A DNA stretch of 64,000 nucleotides from positions 64,001 to 128,000 of the forward strand of contig CBDBFU010000014.1 of the NCBI GenBank assembly GCA_965205025.1, read 5' to 3'. The stretch's first letter is position 1. Every line of letters begins with the position of its first letter. Under the pieces are notes generated by a model. The model saw only the letters and a list, made by a program, of their open reading frames with translations, was not told where the DNA came from and searched no databases. This stretch comes from Candidatus Poribacteria bacterium (GTDB lineage Bacteria; Poribacteria; WGA-4E; WGA-3G). Both the position numbers and the translations under genes were made by a program. Shown here one piece after another: positions 1-10,761 of the stretch.

Positions 1-117
1 AAAGGATGTCTTGACGCAGTATTATCCGTATTCCGGTTCACAGAAGCTACTCGTATCGCTGATATGATGAAATATTATGCTTCAAATCCAAAACTCGTAG
101 TTAACATCATAAAATGA
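1..117 (+). CDS. 3' end of an unidentified CDS (partial at window edge)
   Basis: Frame 1 is open from base 1 to TGA at 115-117 (KGCLDAVLSVFRFTEATRIADMMKYYASNPKLVVNIIK*). Confidence 0.45.
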   Translation, partial: KGCLDAVLSVFRFTEATRIADMMKYYASNPKLVVNIIK

Positions 118-231
118 GAATTCTTAAAACTAAATAACCTTGAGAAAATTAGACATTATATACAAAGCATGATACTATATCCCAAGATTTTATCTTCAAT
201 TGTTTCAGTGTAAAACAGGAGTTCAAATAAA

Positions 232-1047
232 ATGGAATTTATACAGTTAACTGATGTACAACGTGAGGAATTTGAAGAGAATGGATACTTTATTGTCCGA
301 TCAGTACTTGATGAAAAAATGATTGAACGGTTGACTGAAGCAGGTGACCGGATTGTCAAATCACGTGATAGTGATGCATATTATGTACATATTCGGGATG
401 GGTTAGTTCAAGAACCGGCATTTGCAGAATTGACATCTCAAACTAAAGCAATACCTTTGGTAATTCAATTGCTTGGAACAAATATCCATATTACAAATAC
501 GGCTCTACTACACAAACACCCACAACCACAAGAACTACCACAAGATCGAGGATGGCATCGCGATGTTGGTTTGCATTTAGACCTTGGACATAAAGACTGT
601 CCGCGAGTAGGACTTAAAGTAGCATACTGCTTAACGGATCTAAATACTCCCAATTCTGGGGCAACCCTATTTATCCGTAAAAGTAATAAATTACGGGAAC
701 CTTTAGGTATTCCTGAAGGAGAATTAGATCCAGTTGAATCCTACGACGAGCCAATTCTCCGTGCTGGTGATGCATACTTTTTTGAAAACCGTATTTATCA
801 TTCTGCCGGTCAGAATTACACTGATAAGACTGCTAAGATTGTCATTTACGGATATCATTACGCTTGGATAAAACCTGAAGGATACCTACTACATTATAAT
901 GACAGACAACAACCAGACGAAGATGTAGTTAGTTACGTAGACGACCTTGGCAAACAATTCCTCGGTGGAGGTGGAGGGGCAGCTGCACAATGGGCAGCAG
1001 ATAACAATCTGAAATTAGAACAAGCACCTCAAGTTGTTACAGTCTAA
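232..1047 (+). CDS. Phytanoyl-CoA dioxygenase (PhyH) family Fe(II)/2-oxoglutarate dioxygenase
   Basis: LT..Q.E.FEENGY N-terminus, WHRD iron motif, distal H in IYHSA; SD AGGAG upstream. Confidence 0.9.
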   Translation: MEFIQLTDVQREEFEENGYFIVRSVLDEKMIERLTEAGDRIVKSRDSDAYYVHIRDGLVQEPAFAELTSQTKAIPLVIQLLGTNIHITNTALLHKHPQPQELPQDRGWHRDVGLHLDLGHKDCPRVGLKVAYCLTDLNTPNSGATLFIRKSNKLREPLGIPEGELDPVESYDEPILRAGDAYFFENRIYHSAGQNYTDKTAKIVIYGYHYAWIKPEGYLLHYNDRQQPDEDVVSYVDDLGKQFLGGGGGAAAQWAADNNLKLEQAPQVVTV

Positions 1048-1129
1048 TTCTGTTTCTCATTCAGTTGTTAATGAAAATAAAATACTGGAATGTTCATATT
1101 AAAATAATTCGATAGTATAGGGAACTCTT

Positions 1130-2158
1130 ATGAAGAAAATTAAAGTAGGTATTGTTGGTTGTGGTGGTATCGCAGGAGGTAAACATCTCCCCGGACATAA
1201 CAGCGTTAAGAATGTCCAAATTATCGCTGCATGTGATATAGATAAAAAACGAGCAAAGGACTTTGCCAAAAAACACGAAATTCCAAATGTGTTTGATGAT
1301 TACAATAAGTTAGTTGAGATGGATGAAATTGATGCTGTAAGTGTCTGCACACCAAACAACTTTCACGCCGGACCAACTATCGCTGCATTAAACGCTGGTA
1401 AACATGTAATCTGTGAAAAACCTATTGCCGCTAACGCTATAGATGGACAAGCGATGGTCGATGCACAGAAAGCAAGTGGGAAAATCTTACAGATTGGGTT
1501 ACAGTCTCGGTTTGGCGCAGGAGCAAGGACGCTCCGTAAACTCTATGATGAAGGATTTTTCGGTGATGTATATTATGCACGTGCAATGGCAATGCGTAGA
1601 CGTGGTGTTCCTGCTTCACCCTCATTTATCAGTAAAGAGATTGCAGGTGGTGGACCACTCATTGATATAGGAGTTCATATCCTTGATGTCTTACTCTGGA
1701 TGATTGGATGTCCAAAACCGGTGGAAGCTTTTGGAATGACTGCGAAAAAATTCGGAAATAAAAAAGATGTCATTAATCCATGGGGAAAATGGGACCCTGA
1801 GGATTTTGAGGTAGAAGACTTCGCAATGGGAACTATTAAGTTTGAAGGTGAGTTGACTGTAACCCTTGAAACCGCTTGGGCATCCCATATCCAAAATATC
1901 GGTGGAACGTTCTTCATGGGAGATTTAGCAGGGGCAACATACGAACCACTTCAAATATATCTTGATAAAAAAGATGAAATGGTAAATTACGAACCAGAAC
2001 TTCTCACTGGATTACCCAGTGAATTTGAATCCTTCCACAAAGCTATACGAGAAGATCTTACATCACCTGTACCTGCTGAAGAAGTATTGAATGTAGCAAA
2101 GATATTTGATGCATTATATGAATCCGCAAGAATTGGACGATCTGTTCCTATTCTATAA
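1130..2158 (+). CDS. Gfo/Idh/MocA family oxidoreductase
   Basis: GIVGCGGIA Rossmann motif, HVICEKP, GGGPLIDIGVH. Confidence 0.93.
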   Translation: MKKIKVGIVGCGGIAGGKHLPGHNSVKNVQIIAACDIDKKRAKDFAKKHEIPNVFDDYNKLVEMDEIDAVSVCTPNNFHAGPTIAALNAGKHVICEKPIAANAIDGQAMVDAQKASGKILQIGLQSRFGAGARTLRKLYDEGFFGDVYYARAMAMRRRGVPASPSFISKEIAGGGPLIDIGVHILDVLLWMIGCPKPVEAFGMTAKKFGNKKDVINPWGKWDPEDFEVEDFAMGTIKFEGELTVTLETAWASHIQNIGGTFFMGDLAGATYEPLQIYLDKKDEMVNYEPELLTGLPSEFESFHKAIREDLTSPVPAEEVLNVAKIFDALYESARIGRSVPIL

Positions 2159-2193
2159 CTAAAACTATTGGGATAGATTCAATCTGTCCCAAA

Positions 2194-2589
2194 TCACTCC
2201 TTTACATAACCCGCACGCACAATTGTTTTCATACCACCACGGATATTAAAATCACCTGTCACCTCTACCTCTCGTGGTTGACAAGCGGTAACAAAATCCT
2301 CAAGAACCTTATTCACTACATGCTCATGGAAAATCCCCACATCCCGATAAAACACGAAATATTCTTTCAATGATTTCAGCTCAACACAATCTCTATCTGG
2401 AATATATGTTATACATATCGTAGCGTAGTCTGGTAAACCAGTTTTAGGACAAATTGCTGAGAATTCAAGATTCGTTATTTCAATAGTATAATCTTTATCG
2501 CTATATTGATTTACCCATGTTTCGATAGTTGGCGTTTTAAGTTCACGGATATGGTTTTGTAATTCATCGTATGCTGAGGTATGATTCAT
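2194..2589 (-). CDS. queF: NADPH-dependent 7-cyano-7-deazaguanine (preQ0) reductase, type I
   Basis: EFSAICPKTGLPDY catalytic Cys, VELKSLK QueF motif, HE and RGG motifs. Confidence 0.95.
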   Translation of the reverse strand: MNHTSAYDELQNHIRELKTPTIETWVNQYSDKDYTIEITNLEFSAICPKTGLPDYATICITYIPDRDCVELKSLKEYFVFYRDVGIFHEHVVNKVLEDFVTACQPREVEVTGDFNIRGGMKTIVRAGYVKE

Positions 2590-2668
2590 TTATAACCTTT
2601 TTTGATTTTGTTGTTATGATTGGAAATATGAAACATTTATATTCACGATGGATATTCAACTACCCCAA

Positions 2669-2718
2669 ATTATACTGTAAATTTCATAGAATGATTATAC
2701 TGTAAATTTCATAGAATG
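2669..2718. repeat. Perfect 2 x 25 bp tandem repeat in the queF/phyH divergent intergenic region
   Basis: ATTATACTGTAAATTTCATAGAATG at 2669-2693 and 2694-2718. Confidence 0.9.
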
Positions 2719-2874
2719 ACAATAGAGCGATATAGTTGATCTTATCGTTAAAAATGCAATTTACAATATAGTTTCCCACTTACATGTTGACAATCAGCAA
2801 TGTATTTGTTAATGTATAAAAAATAATTGAAAAGAGTCTAACTGACTGAATCAAGCACATATAGAGGTTGCACT

Positions 2875-3693
2875 ATGAAACTCACAGAACACCAAGTTAA
2901 TTTCTTCAACACATTCGGTTATCTTTCTATACCCGAGATGTTTTCACCAAGTGAGGTGGAGTGGATTACTGATGAATTTGAAGTCACAATCCAAGAATAT
3001 GGGGGTGGAAAAAACCACGATGGTACAAGTCGAACAATGTTTGGAGGTCCAATTGAACATCGTCCTCGACTCTGTACTATTCTTGATGATGATCGTATTA
3101 AAGGATTGATTGGGGGTGTCATTGGAGAAGATTTCAACTATGCTGGAGGAGACGGGAACTATTATACAGGTGATACAGGTTGGCACCCTGATGGTAATTG
3201 GGGAAGACTTTTTGCTACTAAGGTTGCCTTTTATCTTGATCCATTAACAAAAGATACGGGTTGTCTACGGATTATACCAGGCAGTCAAAACCCGACACAC
3301 TTTGTTCGGGCACAAAAGATTGATCCAAATCAATCTGAAGCACTATTTGGTATTCCTCCACGCGAGTTTCCAACAAGTATAGCATTGGAAAGCAATCCTG
3401 GGGATGTCGTGATTTTCAATCATGATACATACCACGCATCATTTGGAGGTGGAAAACGTCGACGAATGTTTACGATGAACTGTACCCAACACTGTACAAC
3501 AGAACCCGATTTAGAAACACTGAATCAATACCTAAGTGTACATTCAGCAGGAGGCTACAATATTGATACTGGTGCAGGCATGTTCTTTCCAACTATGGTA
3601 GATACAGCAGATGATTCTCGGAATATACACCTTAGGCAGTGTAGCGAGATTCATGACGTATTGTTTCCTCAATATGCCAGACGAACCAAGTAA
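2875..3693 (+). CDS. PhyH family dioxygenase
   Basis: LTEHQVNFFNTFGYL, WHPD, GCLRIIPGS, TYHAS motifs. Confidence 0.9.
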   Translation: MKLTEHQVNFFNTFGYLSIPEMFSPSEVEWITDEFEVTIQEYGGGKNHDGTSRTMFGGPIEHRPRLCTILDDDRIKGLIGGVIGEDFNYAGGDGNYYTGDTGWHPDGNWGRLFATKVAFYLDPLTKDTGCLRIIPGSQNPTHFVRAQKIDPNQSEALFGIPPREFPTSIALESNPGDVVIFNHDTYHASFGGGKRRRMFTMNCTQHCTTEPDLETLNQYLSVHSAGGYNIDTGAGMFFPTMVDTADDSRNIHLRQCSEIHDVLFPQYARRTK

Positions 3694-3843
3694 TCCTATC
3701 TCGACAAAACGATTCTCAATTATATTCTCCACATTGGATTATCCTATATGAAACCCACACTTTTACAATGTTTCTCTTGTCAATTCTTTCATTATGTGTT
3801 ATTGTAAGGAGAATAACTCCACACAGTCAGGTAATCCCTTCGA

Positions 3844-6225
3844 ATGCCAAAAAAGTTTATAGGTTTTATATTTTTCTGCCTTTTTCTTCCCATACTTGTA
3901 GAAGCATCCCCACCAAAGGTAAATACCTATCTACCTTCGAATTCCGTTGCCATGACAGACGATTCCTTAGCCACATATTTTAATCCTGCAGGATTAGGAA
4001 ATAATCGCGCCTTGAATCTATACTATTTACGTACATACCAAAGCGATATATCTGGAGATGATGCACTCTTTATATCAACACCGGGTGGTGGATTCGGTAT
4101 GGAATTTGTAACTACACCAAATGAGATTGATTTTACTCGATATAGTGCATCAGGTGGTTATCATTTTGGCAGTGGATTCTATTTTGGAACAAATTATAGT
4201 TGGATAAATTCGGACGATAGAAACTATGACAGATTTAAGTCATTATCTGTGGGTTTGATGTATCGTCGTCGTTATTTTTCCATTGGTGCAATCGGCCGTG
4301 ATCTTAATAGACCAAAACTATATAATTACAAATTTGGAAGAAATTACGATTTTGGTGTGGCATTTCGACCAGGGACATGGCGAACCACTTTCTCAGTTGA
4401 TATGCAGAAAACACAAGGTATAAGTGGATTAAACCTTACTTATGGCGTAGAAATTCGTCCAATTCGTGAATTCATGCTACGCGGTACCTACAACAGTAAT
4501 AATACTTACGATATACGATTCGGTATCAATTTAGGAAATATTGGAATTGGAACAGCGAATAATTTTGATGAGAAAAGAAATACAAATGACGGGGTTGCAT
4601 ATTTTCACTATTCCGCTGCATCACTTACAAAACCAATCCATCGTAAACGGAAATTTATTGATATAGAAATGAATAAACTTGAGCCAATACTTCGAATTGC
4701 TAAATGGGATGAAGATGTCGCAGGTGTTCTGATACGTATCAACGGATCCAATTTTGGTATGGGAAAACTTCAAGAAATTCGTGATGCTATCGTTGAGTTT
4801 AAGGATTCCGGAAGATACGCTATTTGTTACATCACTCATTGTACCACGGGGGATTATATAATCGCATCCGTATGTGATGCAATCTTAATACATCCAAGTG
4901 CCGAAATTCGTCTTATCGGTTTACGATTAGAAAGCACTTTTTATAAAGGGACATTAGACAAACTTGGAATACAAGCAAATCTTGAACATGTAGGAGAATA
5001 TAAAGCTGCCACAGAATCTTTTACACGGGATAAAATGTCAAAAACAAACCGAGAAAATAAGTACTCCATACTTGATGATTTATACGACCAATTATCCTCA
5101 GATATCGCGACAGCAAAAGGATGGAAACCAGACCATGTCAAAAGTCTTATTGATAAGGGACCATTCACTGCAAAACAAGCATATAAGCACAAAATTGTTG
5201 ATGATCTGATTTATGAGGACAAATTGCTCAATGTAGCTAAGGAACTTTCAGGGAGAGAAGTTATAATAGTACCCATGAATGAATATATCAAGCAGGGAGT
5301 TTCAACTCAGGATTGGGAAATCCCAAAACCTAAAATCGCTATTATTGAAGCTGAAGGTATGATGCTAACAGGAGAAAGTTTTACCGATCCATTTACCACA
5401 ACGATGGTAATGGGGGCAGATACAATCGCACGTGCAATTCAACACACAAGAAAGGACGACTCTGTCCGCGCTGTTGTATTACGAATTAACAGCGGGGGAG
5501 GCTTAGTTATGGCAGCAGATATAATATGGCATGAACTAATACGACTAATAGAAGAAAAACCGCTTATCGTATCTATGGCTGATGTTGCAGCATCTGGAGG
5601 ATACTATATTGCAGCACCCGCAGATACAATCATTGCTGAACCTGGAACTATAACAGGGTCTATTGGGGTAATCGGGGGAAAGTACAGTCTCAAAGGTTTA
5701 TATAACAAACTTGGTATAACTAAAGAGATCATCACACGGGGAGCACATGCAGATTTTTACAGCGACTATACCGATTATCCCCCTGAGGAACAAGAAATTG
5801 TATTGAACCAGATTAACGAAATCTACGATGATTTTATCACCAAAGTTGCAAATGGTAGGAAACAGTTAACAAAAAAAGATGTTGATAGGGTTGGACGAGG
5901 ACGTGTGTGGACAGGAAGACAAGCAAAAGAAATTGGACTTGTTGATCAACTCGGAGGTCTGGATTTAGCACTTTCAGTCGCACAACAACGTGCAGGATTA
6001 GAACATAAACAGGTAGAGATAATTCGCCTACCTAAGCTTAATTTGATTTCCCAACTATTGGGTAACATCCGTCTCATATTTCATAGAATTTCGATTTTTA
6101 AAGAGCAATTTAGAACGTCAGATTATCAAGTTAATGATAGAAACAACACCCTAAGTATACTAAACATAATAATTAAGAACCGGACTTTTCTGTTGATGCC
6201 GTATGATTTCATACTTACGAATTAA
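3844..6225 (+). CDS. sppA: Signal peptide peptidase SppA (S49) with an N-terminal beta-barrel-like domain
   Basis: Two S49 repeats; RINSGGG, AASGGYYIA, TGSIGV, GRVWTG; signal peptide and FNPAGL beta-rich N-terminal region. Confidence 0.9.
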   Translation: MPKKFIGFIFFCLFLPILVEASPPKVNTYLPSNSVAMTDDSLATYFNPAGLGNNRALNLYYLRTYQSDISGDDALFISTPGGGFGMEFVTTPNEIDFTRYSASGGYHFGSGFYFGTNYSWINSDDRNYDRFKSLSVGLMYRRRYFSIGAIGRDLNRPKLYNYKFGRNYDFGVAFRPGTWRTTFSVDMQKTQGISGLNLTYGVEIRPIREFMLRGTYNSNNTYDIRFGINLGNIGIGTANNFDEKRNTNDGVAYFHYSAASLTKPIHRKRKFIDIEMNKLEPILRIAKWDEDVAGVLIRINGSNFGMGKLQEIRDAIVEFKDSGRYAICYITHCTTGDYIIASVCDAILIHPSAEIRLIGLRLESTFYKGTLDKLGIQANLEHVGEYKAATESFTRDKMSKTNRENKYSILDDLYDQLSSDIATAKGWKPDHVKSLIDKGPFTAKQAYKHKIVDDLIYEDKLLNVAKELSGREVIIVPMNEYIKQGVSTQDWEIPKPKIAIIEAEGMMLTGESFTDPFTTTMVMGADTIARAIQHTRKDDSVRAVVLRINSGGGLVMAADIIWHELIRLIEEKPLIVSMADVAASGGYYIAAPADTIIAEPGTITGSIGVIGGKYSLKGLYNKLGITKEIITRGAHADFYSDYTDYPPEEQEIVLNQINEIYDDFITKVANGRKQLTKKDVDRVGRGRVWTGRQAKEIGLVDQLGGLDLALSVAQQRAGLEHKQVEIIRLPKLNLISQLLGNIRLIFHRISIFKEQFRTSDYQVNDRNNTLSILNIIIKNRTFLLMPYDFILTN

Positions 6226-6228
6226 AAT

Positions 6229-6897
6229 TTGGTTATGAAATATATTAAGGACTGTTTTATGTCAATTGCCGATAAACATACTATCGTTAGACAAGAAATG
6301 GTGCAAAAACAAATTAAGAACAGAAGCATACGCAATTCTGAAATACTCACAGCTATGCGGAAAATACCAAGACATCTATTTGTTGATCCAGATTTACGGA
6401 AAAGTGCATATAAGGATAAACCTCTTCCGATTGAGGAAGGTCAGACTATTTCTCAACCCTACATTGTTGCATTAATGACTGATTTATTGGAATTAGATAA
6501 TGAAGCCAAAGTCCTTGAGATCGGTACAGGATGTGGATATCAGACTGCTGTATTAGCTGAAATTGCTAAAGAAGTCTATTCTATTGAAATCTTGGAAAGA
6601 CTTGCAGATAAAGCAAAAACCCTATTACAATCATTAAACTACAACAACATACATTTAAAAAAGGGAAATGGATATTACGGGTGGGTAGAACATTCACCGT
6701 ATGATGCTGTAATTGTAACTGCTGCCCCAAAAACTATACCACATAGACTTACGCAACAACTCGTAGATGGAGGACGAATGGTGATTCCAGTTGGTTCAGA
6801 TAATCAAGAATTACTCCTAATTAAGAATCTTTCTGGTAAAATTCAATCATCAAGGATTACCAGTGTCAGTTTTGTACCTATGACTGGTTCACCTTAA
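6229..6897 (+). CDS. pcm: Protein-L-isoaspartate O-methyltransferase (true start may be 6235 or 6259)
   Basis: PRHLFV, QTISQPYIVA, VLEIGTGCGYQTA, PYDAVIVTAA. Confidence 0.95.
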   Translation: MVMKYIKDCFMSIADKHTIVRQEMVQKQIKNRSIRNSEILTAMRKIPRHLFVDPDLRKSAYKDKPLPIEEGQTISQPYIVALMTDLLELDNEAKVLEIGTGCGYQTAVLAEIAKEVYSIEILERLADKAKTLLQSLNYNNIHLKKGNGYYGWVEHSPYDAVIVTAAPKTIPHRLTQQLVDGGRMVIPVGSDNQELLLIKNLSGKIQSSRITSVSFVPMTGSP

Positions 6898-7048
6898 ATC
6901 AGTCAATTAGTATTGGTAATGAATAGGTCAGAAAGTGTCATTACCTCATTCAAGATAACATTTTCTCTATTGGAATTCGAACCAATTCGGTATTTCCTAC
7001 AAATCGACATTTTGCTTGTTTTGGATAATATAAATGGAGAATTAAATC

Positions 7049-7999
7049 GTGAAGATCAGAAGCATATATTGCTGTATTTTGTCAGTACTAATATTCACAA
7101 GTAGTAGTTTTGCTGTGTATGATGATATTGGTGTAGGAGCTCGTCCACTTGGACTTGGCGGAGCGTTTGTTGCCATAGCAAATGATAGCAATGCTGCTAA
7201 TTATAACGTTGCTGGCTTAGCTTATATTGACGGAATCCACATAGGTGCTACCTATGCACAACGTTTCAACGGACTCATAACATATAATACAATTAGTGGT
7301 ATTCTACCTCTTGGAAAAATTGGCTCGATAGGAGCAAATCTTGGTATACTGGGAGAAGAATCAGACCTATATTCCGAACAGGTAGTACGTTTCTCTTATG
7401 CAAATACTATTTTCAGGCAATTAGCATTAGGTATCAACCTTAAGATGTTGGGGATTTCCTTTGATGCAGAAAACGAATTTGTTGCTGAAAACTCATACTT
7501 TGTTCATACGTCAAGTTCAGCGTTTTCATTTGATGTAGGGTTGCTGACAAAACCATTTAATAGTTTGAATATCGGTGTATCTATTGAGAATCTACTTCCA
7601 GCTGATATGAGTATCTCAGATACACAAACAGATACTGTACCTCAGAATATAAGGATCGGTTTAGCCTACAACCTAAAATCAATTGCAGAGATGAGCGTAC
7701 AAGGAGAAGCAATTACAAACTTGTTAAAAGACACTTTAGGTACAATTGAAGTCACAACACGAAATGGTGAGATCAATACACATATCGGTGTGGAAATCAT
7801 GCTAAACAAGACAATTGGGGTTCGGGGTGGCTACGGTATAAAAAACGCAGGAAATACTGCTTCTACATTTAACTTGGGTGGAAGTGTAAAAATTCCTATA
7901 GGTGGAACAATACCCCAAATAGATTATGGTTTTCAATTATTAACTGGAGATTTCAACGACAACATAACACAACGATTCTCTATTAACTTATTATTCTAA
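7049..7999 (+). CDS. PorV/PorQ-like outer-membrane beta-barrel protein
   Basis: Signal peptide, GVGARPLGLGGAFVAIAND..A..YN.AGL motif, C-terminal Phe. Confidence 0.75.
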   Translation: MKIRSIYCCILSVLIFTSSSFAVYDDIGVGARPLGLGGAFVAIANDSNAANYNVAGLAYIDGIHIGATYAQRFNGLITYNTISGILPLGKIGSIGANLGILGEESDLYSEQVVRFSYANTIFRQLALGINLKMLGISFDAENEFVAENSYFVHTSSSAFSFDVGLLTKPFNSLNIGVSIENLLPADMSISDTQTDTVPQNIRIGLAYNLKSIAEMSVQGEAITNLLKDTLGTIEVTTRNGEINTHIGVEIMLNKTIGVRGGYGIKNAGNTASTFNLGGSVKIPIGGTIPQIDYGFQLLTGDFNDNITQRFSINLLF

Positions 8000-8016
8000 T
8001 ATCAGGATAACATAAA

Positions 8017-9414
8017 ATGAAAAAAATAACTCAATATCTAATACTTCTCATATTTACATTTACTACATTAAGTGGATACAGTGCTGTAACATCAGTTGGA
8101 GAGATTAATGTTGAAGGTGAAACAAAAGGTATTGTTCCTGCAAGCTCTACCATTCCCCTTATCGTATCACTTTCTATTGACAGGTCATTAGCAGAACCGG
8201 GTGAAGAAATAAAGACTATTGAAATTACAATGCCTACCGGTTTTATCACCAAAATAGGGGATTTTAAATATATTACTCGTGATGGAGTAGAACTTATAGC
8301 AAGGGCAGTGATATCTGGTGGAAATATACTAAGAGTTGAGCTTACTAATCCAATAATAGATGACCAAAATGCTTTATACGAAATCGCATTTGACACTCAA
8401 ACACCAAATAATGTCTTTGAAGCAATTTTTAAAGTCTTATTACGTAATAGAGAAGATGTTCCTATTGGAGAATTTATCAGGGAAGGACAAGCAGATGGAA
8501 AATTAAATAATGATGATTTAAATTTACAGGTAATTCCTAATGTACCACCTGCACCTGTAACTGATTTCATAGTCGAAGCTGATACAACTGGAGAAAATGA
8601 CGTAACTCTAAGATGGCAAAAATCCATTGACCCTGATGTTAATGGGTATATAATCTATAGAAATAAAGAATTTACGATCAATGTTGAAAAACGGTCATCA
8701 ACTACCTATCGAGATGTAAATGTCTCTCCTGGAAACCACACATATCAGATTACTGCATATAAGACTATTTTCCTTCAATCCATCCGTTCGCCAATACAAA
8801 CTGTTGAGGTATTAGAAGATACAGCTGCTCCAGAACCACCCACTGCCCTTCGCGTTGTCACCTCAAATGAAGGAGTAGAGGTGTTTTGGATGGGAAGTGT
8901 TAGTCGTGACGTTTCCACTTATAAAGTATTGTTTAGTTCCACCGACTTTGAGAATCTAAAAACTTTCCCCGATGGTGAAATATCTGCAGAAAAACGTGCC
9001 AACGAATCCCCTGAATATAGATATATTGATACACGTCTATTGGAAATTGGTAGTTTCACTTATGCCGTTGTTGCCATTGACGAAGCAGGTAATGAATCTT
9101 CTCCTATAAAAAAGAGATATCGTGTTTTTGATAAACCTTATCCAAATCCATTTACCCCTCTCTCAAATGATCCAGATTTCAACACTGTTATCTTTCCTGC
9201 CAGAGTCGTGGAGGATGCCGATGGAGAGTTTAGTGTTCTTCTTTTTAATTTGAATGGTGTACTAATTAGAACATTAAATGCCCAAATTGGGGAAACTGAA
9301 TTAAAATGGGATGGTAAGAATGAAAATGGGGAAATCGTGGAAAGCGGTATCTACTTATACCAATTACAAGTTGGTGATAACTATAAAACTGGAACCATCA
9401 TATTAGCAAAATAG
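8017..9414 (+). CDS. Secreted fibronectin type III protein with C-terminal FlgD-Ig / T9SS-CTD-like domain
   Basis: Signal peptide, FN3 motifs (DVNGYIIYR, YAVVAIDEAGNES), PYPNPFTP...WDGKNENG..V.SGIYLYQL. Confidence 0.8.
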   Translation: MKKITQYLILLIFTFTTLSGYSAVTSVGEINVEGETKGIVPASSTIPLIVSLSIDRSLAEPGEEIKTIEITMPTGFITKIGDFKYITRDGVELIARAVISGGNILRVELTNPIIDDQNALYEIAFDTQTPNNVFEAIFKVLLRNREDVPIGEFIREGQADGKLNNDDLNLQVIPNVPPAPVTDFIVEADTTGENDVTLRWQKSIDPDVNGYIIYRNKEFTINVEKRSSTTYRDVNVSPGNHTYQITAYKTIFLQSIRSPIQTVEVLEDTAAPEPPTALRVVTSNEGVEVFWMGSVSRDVSTYKVLFSSTDFENLKTFPDGEISAEKRANESPEYRYIDTRLLEIGSFTYAVVAIDEAGNESSPIKKRYRVFDKPYPNPFTPLSNDPDFNTVIFPARVVEDADGEFSVLLFNLNGVLIRTLNAQIGETELKWDGKNENGEIVESGIYLYQLQVGDNYKTGTIILAK

Positions 9415-9640
9415 AGTGATTTCTTAAGATAACAAACTTGATAATTTTGTATATTACAAGGAAGAATCTAAATTATTTTACTCATGTAGAAGGATAAATA
9501 AATGAATATGGACTGTCATTGACATCCAATTAATACCGAAAAACGCACATCATTTAATGTTTTTAATTAACATTAGAAACATTTGACTTATGATATAATC
9601 ATATATATACTATAATCAACCCATTTCTAAAGGAGTTATT

Positions 9641-10663
9641 ATGAACAGAATAAAAACATCCCACAATAAATTATCTTATTGCTTAATTGCGATAATTTCT
9701 ACTGCTATTATTGCCTTTCCTGTAACAGCAGAATGGACTATAGTCCAAGAAAATGATCCAGCTATTCGCGATTATATGGCTATAACATTTACAGATGGTA
9801 AGACCGGATGGGTTGCTGGGGCAGATGTTCTTGAAGATTTTGAAAACCCTGGATTTATCGGTTATTCCTTTAACGGTGGTAAGTCTTGGCATAAATCCGA
9901 AATTAAAATTCCAGCAGAACTAACAGGTATCTACTTTCTGGATGCAGACCACGGTTGGGCAATCGGTCAAAAAGGTCTTATAACCAATACAACAAACGGA
10001 AAAGATTGGGATATACAAATTAGCAAAGTCGACACAACTTTGAGAAGTATCTATTTCGTCAACAAAGATGTAGGGTATGCTGTTGGAGAAAATCAAACAA
10101 TTCTATCATCAAAAAATGGTGGACGAACATGGAAAGTTCTTGACGGTGGAATTGTTGGGAACGTTGGTGATGACGAAACAAGTATGTTCAATGCAATGCA
10201 ATTTCTTGATGAATCAACTGGTTGGATTGCCGGTATACGAGTTTTCCCTGCTAAGAAGCAACAAAAAACTATTATACAAAAGACTATTGATGGTGGACAA
10301 ACTTGGACTCTTCAAGAAACCGGAAAAGAAGACATTATCGAAGACATCTTCTTCATTGATGAATCAAATGGATGGGCTGTCGGAGAAAATGGCTTGATTC
10401 TTCACACAAATAACAGTGGTAAAACATGGACAGACCAGATGAGTGGTACTGAGGAGACGATACGTAGTGTAGCTTTTGCAGATAGTAAAGTTGGATGGGC
10501 TGTCGGTGGAGACTTTGGTGTCGGTGTAATACTAAGTACTACTGATGGAGGACAATCATGGACTGTAGAAACACAGAAACAAAAAATGGTCAAAGTCCAT
10601 GTATTAGATAAAAAGAATGCATGGTTAGCTGGAGCGAGTGGTCTTATATTAAAATCAAAATAG
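9641..10663 (+). CDS. YCF48-like (BNR/Asp-box) beta-propeller secreted protein
   Basis: Repeated F.D...GWAVG..G.IL.T.DGG.TW units; signal peptide. Confidence 0.88.
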   Translation: MNRIKTSHNKLSYCLIAIISTAIIAFPVTAEWTIVQENDPAIRDYMAITFTDGKTGWVAGADVLEDFENPGFIGYSFNGGKSWHKSEIKIPAELTGIYFLDADHGWAIGQKGLITNTTNGKDWDIQISKVDTTLRSIYFVNKDVGYAVGENQTILSSKNGGRTWKVLDGGIVGNVGDDETSMFNAMQFLDESTGWIAGIRVFPAKKQQKTIIQKTIDGGQTWTLQETGKEDIIEDIFFIDESNGWAVGENGLILHTNNSGKTWTDQMSGTEETIRSVAFADSKVGWAVGGDFGVGVILSTTDGGQSWTVETQKQKMVKVHVLDKKNAWLAGASGLILKSK

Positions 10664-10761
10664 GAGAATTCCTGTTAGGTCTAATTACAAGCTCTGGGAC
10701 ATATTACGAATGTTTAGATATTCAAGACATACGATAACAGAATTATATAAGGAGGGACATT

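Noticed and set aside
2590-2700. preQ1 riboswitch upstream of queF
   Set aside because: No recognisable preQ1-I stem with the A-rich tail on the minus strand; an Infernal search would be needed to exclude it fully.
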